A model generated the notes under the pieces. It had not been told where the DNA came from, ran no database searches, and saw only the letters and a program-made list of their open reading frames with translations. From positions 9,486 to 73,485 of the forward strand of contig RXIG01000015.1 in the NCBI GenBank assembly GCA_004212155.1: a stretch of 64,000 bases of DNA, given 5' to 3'. This document shows positions 17,941 through 28,031 of the stretch, in pieces. Origin of the DNA: an archaeon (GTDB lineage: Archaea > Methanobacteriota_B > Thermococci > Methanofastidiosales > NM3). Every line of letters starts with the position of its first letter. The stretch's first letter is position 1. The translations under genes were made by a program, and so were the position numbers.

Positions 17941-18924
17941 TCAATAATACGAGACAATATCCACGGGCTGGATCGAACCGCCCACGTTCGCATAGTACTG
18001 GGCATCGTATACGCCCAGATAAAGGCTATCCCATTTGTCCAGCGTATATGACGACCCGTCGTGTGTTTCCACGACAACGCCTTGATTCCTGTTGATATCG
18101 ACCACTATCGCAGACATATCATTGTAATCTTCCCATTCCACATAGTAATAGAAGTATCCGTTGATGTTTCCATTCCACAGATTGGTATCGACGCCTAGGT
18201 CTTCAAACATTTTTGAAGGGGGATGTGTGCGAATACTGCCACCGGATGTCAGGACCGCATATGCCTTTTGCCTAAGGTACTCCGCATTTGAGGGCATCGT
18301 GTGGTCACGGGGGTCGTACGTTTCCCCCTCACCTGTCGTTGCGACAACGGCGATCCTGTCTAGCGTGACGATGGGGCTGCCTGCGGCGGTCGTGAGTATG
18401 ATGTCGAGATCGTCGATGAGCGTCTCATCGCCACTAAACGACAAGGCGTTCACGTCGACAGAAATAGAGACCTGTTCGCCGCTTCCCACGTAAATACCCC
18501 CGGTCTCGATGTTGACACCGTCCCTCACGAACGTCACGTTGTCCGAGTGGGCCCCTTGATCGATGATCGAAAGGTAGAGCTCTTGATTAAGATTGTTCGT
18601 GAGAAGGATTACATCATATCGCGATTCCTCGCTTCCCGCCTGGATGTCCTCAATGTAGAGCTCATAGGCCCCATCGCCATCTGTGTCCAGGAAGTAGGAA
18701 TCGGTACCTGGGGACAGGGCTATCAAGCCGGCAGGATCCTCGGCCAGCGCAAGAGACGTCTCACGCTCTACAAACACGCTCGAGTAGGCGCCAGTTCCCA
18801 TCATGACAAGAATTGCGACGATGAGACAAAATCCAGCTACAATATACCCTTTCAATCCAAATCCCCATTTTTTCTCGTATTCCTCTAATATAAACTTATC
18901 CTGCATAACTTCGACCAACGCCAT
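17941..18924 (-). CDS. Secreted/anchored protein with SipW-cognate-like signal region (DUF1102/TasA-like N-terminus)
   Basis: TM (IVAGFCLIVAILVMMGTGA), then YSSVFVERETSLALAEDPAGLIAL, resembling the GT.A.F..ER...V.V..D....L.L motif of archaeal DUF1102 / camelysin-TasA-type proteins. Confidence 0.5.
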   Translation of the reverse strand: MALVEVMQDKFILEEYEKKWGFGLKGYIVAGFCLIVAILVMMGTGAYSSVFVERETSLALAEDPAGLIALSPGTDSYFLDTDGDGAYELYIEDIQAGSEESRYDVILLTNNLNQELYLSIIDQGAHSDNVTFVRDGVNIETGGIYVGSGEQVSISVDVNALSFSGDETLIDDLDIILTTAAGSPIVTLDRIAVVATTGEGETYDPRDHTMPSNAEYLRQKAYAVLTSGGSIRTHPPSKMFEDLGVDTNLWNGNINGYFYYYVEWEDYNDMSAIVVDINRNQGVVVETHDGSSYTLDKWDSLYLGVYDAQYYANVGGSIQPVDIVSYY

Positions 18925-18959
18925 TGTAGAAAGCGCTTTAAAGCAGTATGAGCGAATAA

Positions 18960-19658
18960 GTGATGATGCTGCCAGTGACCCCGCTCATCGATGAACCGGC
19001 ACTCGTGATCGAGAGCGATAAAAAGACACTTGTCATCGCCGACACCCATGTTGGTATCGAATACGAGCTGCTTAAAAAGGGTATCAACATCCCTCACCAG
19101 ACTGAACAGGTGAAGGCATCCATAGAGCGTATCATAGGCATGACCGACGCCAAGCGGCTCGTGCTCCTTGGCGATGTGAAGCACAACATACCGACCGTCT
19201 CGATACTGGAAACGAAGACTGTGCCACGGTTCCTCGACTTCTCGATACCCGTCGATATCGTGAAAGGAAATCATGACGGTTCGATAGAGGCGCTTACCTC
19301 CGCTCCCGTCCATCCCTATCTCACACTGGACGGCATCGTGCTCAGCCATGGTCACAGGAACGTGCCAGAGATGCCATTCGAGACGCTCATACTAGGCCAC
19401 TCGCATCCCGCCATCGAGATCACCGACGAGCTTGGCAATCGAACGAAGGAGAAATGCTGGATACGCGGGACATTCCCCGATGGCCGCGACATCATCATCA
19501 TGCCTGCGTTCAATCCCCTCATCACGGGCATAACGTTCAACGGCAACCAGGACCGTATCCCGGGATCGCTCTTTCGATCTCATTCGGTCGAAGAGCTCTC
19601 AATGACGGCATACCTGCTTGATGGAACATATCTTGGCCACGTTGCGGACATCACATGA
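18960..19658 (+). CDS. Metallophosphoesterase (archaeal SbcD/Mre11-related small phosphoesterase)
   Basis: LVIADTHVG, LGDVKHN, GNHD and GHSHP motifs in canonical order. Confidence 0.8.
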   Translation: MMMLPVTPLIDEPALVIESDKKTLVIADTHVGIEYELLKKGINIPHQTEQVKASIERIIGMTDAKRLVLLGDVKHNIPTVSILETKTVPRFLDFSIPVDIVKGNHDGSIEALTSAPVHPYLTLDGIVLSHGHRNVPEMPFETLILGHSHPAIEITDELGNRTKEKCWIRGTFPDGRDIIIMPAFNPLITGITFNGNQDRIPGSLFRSHSVEELSMTAYLLDGTYLGHVADIT

Positions 19659-19751
19659 AGCACGAATCATCCCGTCTGATGCATACAGCAGAAGGGGGGC
19701 GTATGAGCGCCTTTTATGCGTAGCGCTCATGGGTCCGATGATAAAACGCCT

Positions 19752-20855
19752 TCATATGAGGAACGAACCGTTCTCGTAGAACAGCTCGCCGTCGGCATAG
19801 ACCTTGCCGCCGTCTCTCATGTCCTTGAGTATGTCGAGGTGTATGGACGATTCGTTCTTGCCAATGCTGGGATCGGGAGAGAGCCCGAGTGCGAGATGCA
19901 TCGTGCCGCCCATCTTCTCATCAAAGAGCATCTCCTTGGTGAACTCCTTCGCTCCGTAGTTGGTGCCGATGGCAATCTCGCCCACTTTGCTTGAACCCCC
20001 ATCAAGCGCGATGACGTCGTCAAGGAGCTTCTGGCCCTTGGCGGCAGACGCTGAGACGACCTCGCCATCCTTGAACGTGAGGCGCACGTCCTCTATCTCG
20101 TTTCCCATGTAGATAAGGGGGTAGGTGAACCGTATCGTGCCCTGGGCGCTGTCCTCAACGGGGCATGTGAACACCTCGCCGTCGGGGAAGTTGATATGAC
20201 CGTCGCAGTTGAGCCATGTTCGCCCTTTTGTGGAAAACGTTATGTCAGTATCCTGTCCAACATACCTGATCTCATCCTTGTTGTTGAGCCACGTGCATAT
20301 CTTTTCCTGTTTGGCAGAGATGTCCTTCCACGCCCGGATGGGGTCATCCTCGCCGAACAGGCAGGCGTTGTAGACAAAATCCTCGTACTGCAAAAGCGAC
20401 ATCGATGCCTCCTGCGCCTGGGCGTCTGTGGGATATGCCGTGAGCACCCATTTGTATTCTCCCCTTCGTTCTCGTTCGCTTACTGCCTTGATCATGTCCG
20501 CATATGCCTTCTGGGTGCGAGCGAGCCTGGAAGAATCGACTCGTGAAAACGCCTTCGTGTTCGTCTCTGCGATGAACTCTATGGCCCTGTCAACGGTGCG
20601 GTAGAGATAATCGATGGATATGTCCACCTGGTCGAGCTGCGCATCGCTGGCGTATTCAAAAAAAATCTCCTTGGCATGGTGCGATTCGGGATAAAGGATC
20701 GGATATGCCCCCGCCTTTAGGACCTCTTTGTATGCCTCTAACATAGCTTGTTCGGCGCATGTGGGTCCAATGATGAGGACCTTCATCCCTTCCTTGACCC
20801 CTGCTGAGTAATTGACCATGACATTTGCAAGCTTTTCAAGATAATCTCCTTTCAC
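19752..20855 (-). CDS. M29-family aminopeptidase (AmpS/PepS-like)
   Basis: YLEKLANVMVNYSAGVKEGMKVLI..WVLTAYPT..GTNYGAKEFT..LFDEKMGGTMHLALG. The track start at 20963 overlaps the upstream gene. I favour the GTG at 20855 or the ATG at 20819. Confidence 0.82.
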   Translation of the reverse strand: MKGDYLEKLANVMVNYSAGVKEGMKVLIIGPTCAEQAMLEAYKEVLKAGAYPILYPESHHAKEIFFEYASDAQLDQVDISIDYLYRTVDRAIEFIAETNTKAFSRVDSSRLARTQKAYADMIKAVSERERRGEYKWVLTAYPTDAQAQEASMSLLQYEDFVYNACLFGEDDPIRAWKDISAKQEKICTWLNNKDEIRYVGQDTDITFSTKGRTWLNCDGHINFPDGEVFTCPVEDSAQGTIRFTYPLIYMGNEIEDVRLTFKDGEVVSASAAKGQKLLDDVIALDGGSSKVGEIAIGTNYGAKEFTKEMLFDEKMGGTMHLALGLSPDPSIGKNESSIHLDILKDMRDGGKVYADGELFYENGSFLI

Positions 20856-20910
20856 GAAAATCACATTTGAAATAGATACGGGAGATAAAAAGGTTAACTG
20901 CAAAAAAAGA

Positions 20911-21426
20911 TTATCCTGAAGGCCCTTTATTGGGGGAACACAAAAAGATGACATCCTCACCATGCACGTGGCGTTGTTCTACCCTGAAAATGCGCTCTAT
21001 GGACTCGCCGATCTCGTCGAACATGGGTTTGTTCAGATAGGTAAGGAGGCAGCGTCCGCGCGGATGCAGCACGCGCCCTATTTCTCTCAATGCGGCATGG
21101 TAGTCTGGAATGTTTTGAAGCACGGTAAAAGAGAAGACCCAGTCGAAGTGATCGTCGGGGAAGGGAATGTCCGTTGCATCCGCCTCTCTCGCGTTCATGC
21201 GCCGTGCCGCCCGCATGAGCATGCCGGGCGATATGTCAATGCCATCGATGTCTGATCCCAGGTATTCTGCAAGCAAGCCCGTGCCGCACCCTACATCCAG
21301 CACCCGCCCGCATATGGGGCCTGTAAGCGATAGTGCAAATCTATACTTGTCCCGCTGGATGGACCTGTAGCGAGCATCATAGTGGGGTGCGGAAGCATCG
21401 TAGCTTGCCGCAATGTCCTTTTCCAT
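20911..21426 (-). CDS. Class I SAM-dependent methyltransferase
   Basis: Motif I VLDVGCGTGLLAEYLG, with the start taken at MEKDIAASYD (ATG at 21426). Confidence 0.75.
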   Translation of the reverse strand: MEKDIAASYDASAPHYDARYRSIQRDKYRFALSLTGPICGRVLDVGCGTGLLAEYLGSDIDGIDISPGMLMRAARRMNAREADATDIPFPDDHFDWVFSFTVLQNIPDYHAALREIGRVLHPRGRCLLTYLNKPMFDEIGESIERIFRVEQRHVHGEDVIFLCSPNKGPSG

Positions 21427-21503
21427 GGTGAACACACATCTCCGAACAGTAAAAAAATCTTTGCCCACATTCATCAGGAAAAAGAGGGACCACTTTGAAG
21501 TCA

Positions 21504-22352
21504 CTATCGGATGGCAAGCACGAGCATGAGTGTGAGAAGCCCCCCCAGCGCTATGTTGATGTAGGGCAGGACCCAGTAGACGCGCCTGATATCCAACGTT
21601 TCGTCTGCAAGCAAGGCAGCCGGAACGAGGGGATATGCCAGAGACAGGAAGCTGAGCACGTGCATGTCACTCAGCACAATGGCGAGTATGGCCAATATGC
21701 CCCAGAAAACGAGGCATAGCGCAAGTGAAGCCCGATGCCCCAAAAAGGTCGCTGTCGTGCGGATGCCTGCTGCCGCATCGTAGGTGATATCGGGGATTGC
21801 GGAGAAAAGGTGCATGGCGGCGATGTGGCAATACCCTGCCACCACAAGGACAAGCGAGGGAAGCTCGCCAGCGGCGAGATGATATGCGAATATGCCGGGC
21901 ATCACATAGAGCATGTTCGAGGAGAAGTCGATAAATGGTATGCCCTTGAATCGCAGCGGAGGGGCGCTGTAGAAGTAGGAAAGCAGGAGGAACGTGGCAA
22001 AGAGTGCCCGTAGTACCATGCCATCCTGCACGACCATCAAAACGATGCTCAGCACGACGACGAAAGCGAGCACCCTGCTGAGCTCCGAGCGCTGCGAGGA
22101 TGCAAGGCGAATCTCCTTTTCCCCCTTTTTCGGATTGCCTTTGTCGGTGGCAGCGTCCCAGTAATCGTTTACGCCATATATGAGGATATTGGCTGGAACG
22201 AAAAAGTAGAGCAGGTAGATGAAATACTCGGGCCTGTAGAATGCAGCCCATGATTGTGCCGCGATGCAGTACCCCACGACGAACGTGCCTGCGGTGTAGA
22301 TCCAAAATCGTGGCCGGGAGAGGCGTAGATAGTAGCGTGCCCGCTCATACAT
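21504..22352 (-). CDS. UbiA-family prenyltransferase, lycopene elongase (LyeJ/CrtEb)-like
   Basis: A polytopic protein with NDYWDAATD (first Asp-rich motif) in a UbiA-family layout. Its start overlaps the crtB stop by 8 nt. Confidence 0.68.
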   Translation of the reverse strand: MYERARYYLRLSRPRFWIYTAGTFVVGYCIAAQSWAAFYRPEYFIYLLYFFVPANILIYGVNDYWDAATDKGNPKKGEKEIRLASSQRSELSRVLAFVVVLSIVLMVVQDGMVLRALFATFLLLSYFYSAPPLRFKGIPFIDFSSNMLYVMPGIFAYHLAAGELPSLVLVVAGYCHIAAMHLFSAIPDITYDAAAGIRTTATFLGHRASLALCLVFWGILAILAIVLSDMHVLSFLSLAYPLVPAALLADETLDIRRVYWVLPYINIALGGLLTLMLVLAIR

Positions 22353-23250
22353 TGCGACATTCCTCTGTACCCATGGCGTTGGTGTAGATGCTCATCTTCC
22401 CATAGGGGTTGATGAGATTTTTCAGTCCATGGACGAGTATGAAAAACGATGTTGGCTTGACCTTTTGACGGTAGACCACGAGTGGGTCTTTGTATATCTT
22501 GTGCGCCGTCCACAGGTACATGTCGGATGCCGTCTTAATGGGCACGAGGTAGCGCCGGGGAATGTATGAGAACCCCTCCTCGGCCCGCTCCATCCATGCA
22601 AGATAGCGCCGTATCTGGATGCGGACACAGTGTGCGAATTGTTCAGGATGGGTCGATACGGCCTCGTAGTCGAGACTCGTAAGGCCGCATGCCCTCATGT
22701 CGCTTTCGGGAAAGTAGCGGCGCTTGAGTCCTATGTCCTCGTTGATGTCCCGTATGAAGTTGATATACTGGTATGCTCGTCCGAGATACCGTGCAGACAT
22801 GTCTGCCTCGGGGGGAAGCCTCATGATACGCGCCATCATCAGCCCAACCACCTCTGCCGACCCGTAGAGGTAGGTCTCGACCTCCTCCATGGTGGTGTAA
22901 TGTTCCTTGGTGATGTCCATCTCCATGGATGCAAAGAACGCATCTATCCACGACTGGTCGAATCCCATCCGCTGTTGCAGCTCGACGAAAGAGTCGATGA
23001 TCTCGTCGCCGGCGGGCACCCCGCCAAGAGCAGCATGGTAACGCTCTTTAAATGAGTAAAACTCATCGGCCTGTTGTGGGATGGAATCTACATAATCGTC
23101 TGCCGTGCGTACGAACGCATAGAGCCTCGTCACATCCTTTTTCACATCGGAAGGGAAGAACTTGCTACTGTAAAAGAATGTGGTACTGCCCTTCCTGAAG
23201 ATAGAGTCCAACACCCGCTCCGACATGCCATCACTGTTCATTTTTTTCAA
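22345..23250 (-). CDS. crtB: Phytoene synthase
   Basis: [48 protein letters not shown], the squalene/phytoene synthase motifs. Confidence 0.85.
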   Translation of the reverse strand: MKKMNSDGMSERVLDSIFRKGSTTFFYSSKFFPSDVKKDVTRLYAFVRTADDYVDSIPQQADEFYSFKERYHAALGGVPAGDEIIDSFVELQQRMGFDQSWIDAFFASMEMDITKEHYTTMEEVETYLYGSAEVVGLMMARIMRLPPEADMSARYLGRAYQYINFIRDINEDIGLKRRYFPESDMRACGLTSLDYEAVSTHPEQFAHCVRIQIRRYLAWMERAEEGFSYIPRRYLVPIKTASDMYLWTAHKIYKDPLVVYRQKVKPTSFFILVHGLKNLINPYGKMSIYTNAMGTEECRNV

Positions 23251-24712
23251 CGAGGTCGCTCACTATCTGGGATGCTATGAGCGTCATCGGGACGCCTATC
23301 CCCGGATGCGTGTACTGACCCGTGTAATAGAGATTGTGTACCTTCTTGCTCCGATGTGCGGGCCGCCATACCGCCGTTTGTTTGAGGGTATGTACGATGC
23401 TGAGCGCAGTGCCCTTGTAGGCATGGTAGTCGTTTGCGTAGTCGTTGACCGCGAAGATGCGCTTGCTTACGATATGGTCGCGTATGGTCATATCCACCGT
23501 GTCTTCGAGATGATCCATTATCTGGTTGAAGAATCGTTCACGCAGCTCCGGCGTGTCCTCGAGACCGGGAGCGAGCGGAACGAGTATGAAGAGCGTTTCA
23601 CCGCCAGGTGGTGCAAGGCCCGGGTCGGTCTTTGAAGGCACGTTAACATAGTAGGATGGCGACTTTGGCCATGCGGGCGAATCGGATTCGAAGATCTCAT
23701 CGAAGTTTCTTGCCCAGTCGCGGTCGAGGAACAATGAATGGTGTCGCAATTTTTCGATTGTTGTATCGATGCCTACAAAAGCAACGAACGCGGATGGAGC
23801 AAGTATGCGGGAATCCCAGTACTTCTTGTCGTAGGTCTGATACTCCTCGGGTATGAGTTGGAGCTCGCTGTAGGGGTAGTCTGCGTTCACGACGACGACA
23901 TCGGCGTCAATCTCCCGATTCTCTGTCACCACAGTCGTGGCCCTGCCCTCCTTGACCTTTATCTCGGTGACGTCCTCACCAAGGATGACGTGAGCGCCGT
24001 TTTCCACCGCCAGCTCGTATATGCTGGATGCAACCCTGCCCATGCCCCCTTCGGGGAACCATACACCAAGGGAGAAGTCAACATACGACATCAACTGATA
24101 TATGGCGGGCGTGATCTTGGGGGAGCCGCCAAGGAATCCTATGGAATACTCGAGGATCTTTATGGCCTCATCACTTGAAAAGTACTTGCGTACGAGGTCG
24201 TCGAGATTGCCGAACACGCCAAGTTTCGTGCCCTTGCGCAGCATGTCCCAGCTCAAAAGATCGAGGACGCTCTTGTAATCCTTGTAGAGCGTTCCCTCCA
24301 TCGCGGTATCGTACTTGACCTTGGCAAGATCGAGGAACTCGCGAAGCTTCTCCCCACCGTTAGGTTCGAGTTTGTTGAAGAGTGCCACGTTCTTCTCGAA
24401 ATCGGCATGCACGTCGACGATGTTGTCATGGGAAAAGAAGATACGGTATTGGGGGTCGAGACGCTGGAGCTCGTAGAAATCTGCAGGCGTCTTGCCAAAC
24501 AATGCGAAGAACTCCTCGAACACATCGGGCATAAGGTACCAGGAAGGGCCCATGTCAAATTGGAATCCCTTATCTTTGTGCACTCGCGCCCTGCCGCCGT
24601 ATAGTTCATTTTTCTCCACGAGCGTGACATCATGTCCCTTGTGCGCAAGAAGTGCGGCAGCGGCAAGCCCGCCAAATCCAGAGCCCACTATTACTATGCG
24701 TTTTCCCTTCAT
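23231..24712 (-). CDS. crtI: Phytoene desaturase (CrtI family)
   Basis: N-terminal FAD fold [32 protein letters not shown] and C-terminal [20 protein letters not shown]. 493 aa. Confidence 0.85.
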   Translation of the reverse strand: MKGKRIVIVGSGFGGLAAAALLAHKGHDVTLVEKNELYGGRARVHKDKGFQFDMGPSWYLMPDVFEEFFALFGKTPADFYELQRLDPQYRIFFSHDNIVDVHADFEKNVALFNKLEPNGGEKLREFLDLAKVKYDTAMEGTLYKDYKSVLDLLSWDMLRKGTKLGVFGNLDDLVRKYFSSDEAIKILEYSIGFLGGSPKITPAIYQLMSYVDFSLGVWFPEGGMGRVASSIYELAVENGAHVILGEDVTEIKVKEGRATTVVTENREIDADVVVVNADYPYSELQLIPEEYQTYDKKYWDSRILAPSAFVAFVGIDTTIEKLRHHSLFLDRDWARNFDEIFESDSPAWPKSPSYYVNVPSKTDPGLAPPGGETLFILVPLAPGLEDTPELRERFFNQIMDHLEDTVDMTIRDHIVSKRIFAVNDYANDYHAYKGTALSIVHTLKQTAVWRPAHRSKKVHNLYYTGQYTHPGIGVPMTLIASQIVSDLVEKNEQ

Positions 24713-24829
24713 GAGTAGTATTCGATTAGAGAAAATATAAACCTATTCTACGGTTGCAGTGCGACAAGAATTCATTTTTTAGACAATCCCTTGCACAACA
24801 AATAAAAATCTTGAAACGGTTCCAAATAC

Positions 24830-25588
24830 ATGGTGCGTACACCGCGCATTCCCATCGCTGGCCTTTGCTGCTTTTTCGTAGGTATTGTGGGTATGCGGTT
24901 CACGGCAACGACGCATGCGCCCGCTATCTCCGGCATCTTCATCATCGCCCTTGCAGTACCGAGCATATACTACCTTACTCGATGGGTCGGGATTGCCAGG
25001 GGTGTGGCCATCGTTGGGTTGCTTGGGTCGCTCTCGCTTGTTATCGAGGGAAGCGCCATCCTTACCGGCGTGCCCTATGGGGAGTTCCAGTATACCGGAG
25101 CTCTTGGACCCCGTCTCTTCGACGCTGTGCCGGGCATCGTGGCATTCGCCTACCTGCCATTGCTCTTTGGAAGCGTTGCCATGGCAGGACATGTATGGCG
25201 TGGCGTCCCATGGAGGTTCGTGGCGTCTGGCGCTTTGTTCCTTGTTGCCATCGACAGTGTACTCGACCCTGCCATCGTGCATGCGGGATTATGGGCATGG
25301 AAGACGGAGGGCGCCTACTACGGCGTGCCTCTGATAAACTTCATCGGATGGGCCGCCACGGGTACGGTGTACACTGCTCTCTTCTTTCTGATGGTGAGAA
25401 GACCATTGCGCTCCCATAGAACGGTACCTATTTCCATCGCTTCGAGCCTCATGCTCATCCTGCCCCTATGGACAGGATACCTCCTTCGTGAAATGCTCAT
25501 CGTGCCCGGATGCCTGGGGATCGCGCTCTCGCTTGCCCTTGGGATGACCTACGTACGTCAAGCTGACTGGGCGAGCAATTCACCATGA
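24830..25588 (+). CDS. Carotenoid biosynthesis membrane protein (DUF422 / CruF-like C-1',2' hydratase)
   Basis: A polytopic protein with GVPYGEFQYTG..GVPLINFIGW. Divergent from crtI. The start codon is uncertain. Confidence 0.62.
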   Translation: MVRTPRIPIAGLCCFFVGIVGMRFTATTHAPAISGIFIIALAVPSIYYLTRWVGIARGVAIVGLLGSLSLVIEGSAILTGVPYGEFQYTGALGPRLFDAVPGIVAFAYLPLLFGSVAMAGHVWRGVPWRFVASGALFLVAIDSVLDPAIVHAGLWAWKTEGAYYGVPLINFIGWAATGTVYTALFFLMVRRPLRSHRTVPISIASSLMLILPLWTGYLLREMLIVPGCLGIALSLALGMTYVRQADWASNSP

Positions 25589-25636
25589 CGCAGCTATCTA
25601 AAAGCTTAAATACGGCCACGGCGAAACGTCCCAAGA

Positions 25637-27925
25637 ATGGCACATAAGGGATTTATCGTCCATGCAACCACAACGGTCGAGGACGGCCACCCATTCATAA
25701 TCCTCTATGGAAGGTTCACAAACAACGAAAGCTTCAAGGCCCTCGTGCCGTATGCGCCATATTTCTACATAAGGGAACGCGACGTGGAAAAGGCGCGTCC
25801 GCTTATCGATGGCACGATAACTGCGCATGATGCCCGCACCTTTGACGATGAGCCCGTTGCGAAGGTGACGGTCCAACTCCCTTCATCCGTCCGACACCTC
25901 CGAACGGCGCTGGAGGAAAAGGGCATCGAGTGTTACGAGGCCGACATCAAGTTCGAGATGCGTTATCTCATCGACATGGACATCAGAGGATTTGTCACGC
26001 TAAAGGGGCCCTCCCACAGAGACGGCAGGGTCGACCACGTGTTCGTATCTCCTGCCGTCGAGGCGGCAGACCGCCAGGATCTCAAGCTGCGTGTGCTCTC
26101 CATTGACATAGAGACGAGCGAGCAGGGACTCGACGACACTTCGGCACCCATCTACTCCATCGGCCTCTACGGGGACGGCATCCAGGAAGTACTCTTCAAC
26201 GGTGCGCCGTGCGAGGGCGCCACCCACTGTGCTGACGAGAAGGCGCTCTTGCAGGCGTTCAGGCGGCGAATCCTCGACAACGACCCCGACGTCATCGTGG
26301 GATGGAACATCGTGGACTTTGACATGCACTACCTGATGGAAAGATTCAAGGCGCACGGCATTCCATTTGATATAGGGAGAAGTGAGGCGACGCTCCATCT
26401 CAGGACCGAGAGCTCGTTCATCCGGGCCTCCCGCGCACAGGTTGAGGGCAGGATGGTGCTGGACGGGATGCACCTGCTGCGCGACTACTTCTATCGATTC
26501 GATGACTACCGGCTCGATACCGCGGCACGGGAACTCATAGACGAGGCGAAGCTACGATTCGATGGCGACATGACCGCGCTCTACGAGAGCGACCCTGCAA
26601 TGCTGGCACGCTACAATCTCCATGACGCGTATCTCGTCTACCGCATTCTGGAACAAGAGCGCCTCATTGAGCTTACGATGATGCTTTCGACGCTCACTGG
26701 CATGCAGATGGACCGGGTAAAGGCATCGATTGCAACGCTCGACTCACTCTACCTGCGCCGAGCGCGCTCGATCTCGCTCGTCTGCCCGTCGGTAAAAGGA
26801 GGTACGCGCATCGCAGTTGCGGGCGGCTACGTCGAGGAGCCCGATGTTGGCATCTACGACCATGTGCTGCTCTGTGACTTCCGGAGCCTTTACCCCTCGA
26901 TCATCGCCACGTTCAACATCGATCCCCTCACATTCGACAAGGGCGACATCTGCGCCCCGAATGGCGCCTGTTTTGGCACGGGGACGTCTGTCATTCCCGC
27001 TCTCGTTCTTGAGCTGCTCGAGGCGCGGCAGACAGCAAAGGCCAGCGGCGAGTACACGAAGCAGTTTGCCATCAAGATCATCATGAACTCTATATTCGGC
27101 GTGCTTGGCAATCCCAACTGCCGATTCTACAACTCGGATATCGCAAACGCCGTCACCTCCTTCGGACGCCAGATCATCCAAACCACGGCAGATGTCGTCG
27201 AACGCATGGGGTATCACGTCATCTACGGTGACACGGATTCCATCTTCGTCCTCTCTCGAGCCGATGATGCCAAGAGCGCACGAGAGATAGGACAACGCAT
27301 CGAACGCGAGATAAACGCCTTTTACAAGGAGTACATACAGAAGAACTTTCATCGTGAAACGCATATCCACCTCGAATTCGAGACCCATTTTGAACGGTTT
27401 TACCTTCCGCGTCAACGCCATGACGAAAAGGGGGCAAAGAAGCGCTATGCCGGCCTCGTCGACGGGAAGCTGCGCATCGTCGGCCTCGAGTATGTCCGAC
27501 GCGACTGGACCCAACTTGCCAAGGAGTTCCAGTACGAGCTGCTCAGGAAGGTATTCTTCGATGAGGATTACCAGACGTTCATACGCGATTACGTGCATGA
27601 CCTCAAAAAGGGACGCCATGATGAGAAGCTTGTCTACCGCAAGCGTCTGAGAAAAGGCGTCGATGAGTATACGAAGACCACACCGCCCCATGTCAAGGCG
27701 GCACGCCAGCTCGGGCCGCGCGTGCACGAGAACGGCATGCTCATCGAGTACCTCATGACAAGAAAGGGTCCCCAGCCGGCGCAACTCGCCCACGGCATCG
27801 ACTATGCGCACTATATCGAGAAGCAGATACGGCCGATAGCGACATCCGTTCTCACCCTCCTTGGCCTGAAGTTCGAGGATGTGCTGACCGGTGGCTCACA
27901 GAAGAAACTGACCGATTTTCTCTGA
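25637..27925 (+). CDS. polB: DNA polymerase, family B
   Basis: Exo I LSIDIET, Pol motif A DFRSLYPSIIATFNIDP, motif B KIIMNSIFGVLG, motif C IYGDTDSIFV. No intein is evident. Confidence 0.92.
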   Translation: MAHKGFIVHATTTVEDGHPFIILYGRFTNNESFKALVPYAPYFYIRERDVEKARPLIDGTITAHDARTFDDEPVAKVTVQLPSSVRHLRTALEEKGIECYEADIKFEMRYLIDMDIRGFVTLKGPSHRDGRVDHVFVSPAVEAADRQDLKLRVLSIDIETSEQGLDDTSAPIYSIGLYGDGIQEVLFNGAPCEGATHCADEKALLQAFRRRILDNDPDVIVGWNIVDFDMHYLMERFKAHGIPFDIGRSEATLHLRTESSFIRASRAQVEGRMVLDGMHLLRDYFYRFDDYRLDTAARELIDEAKLRFDGDMTALYESDPAMLARYNLHDAYLVYRILEQERLIELTMMLSTLTGMQMDRVKASIATLDSLYLRRARSISLVCPSVKGGTRIAVAGGYVEEPDVGIYDHVLLCDFRSLYPSIIATFNIDPLTFDKGDICAPNGACFGTGTSVIPALVLELLEARQTAKASGEYTKQFAIKIIMNSIFGVLGNPNCRFYNSDIANAVTSFGRQIIQTTADVVERMGYHVIYGDTDSIFVLSRADDAKSAREIGQRIEREINAFYKEYIQKNFHRETHIHLEFETHFERFYLPRQRHDEKGAKKRYAGLVDGKLRIVGLEYVRRDWTQLAKEFQYELLRKVFFDEDYQTFIRDYVHDLKKGRHDEKLVYRKRLRKGVDEYTKTTPPHVKAARQLGPRVHENGMLIEYLMTRKGPQPAQLAHGIDYAHYIEKQIRPIATSVLTLLGLKFEDVLTGGSQKKLTDFL

Positions 27926-28031
27926 ATGCCCCCGGCGGATCCATGCCCTCAAAAGGCCAGCGTCCTGCACGGCAATATTTAAAAGCATATAAAAATAAGG
28001 AAGGTCAACAAGAGCTAAACGAGGCATCATC

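Noticed and set aside
26744-27811. 355-aa minus-strand ORF antisense to polB. Similar long antisense ORFs lie at 12990..13760, 29763..30476, 38223..38936 and 5731..6312.
   Set aside because: Each lies entirely inside a strongly supported gene on the opposite strand. Their compositions are Arg/Asp/Val/Leu-rich and motif-free, typical of shadow frames in moderately GC-rich coding DNA.
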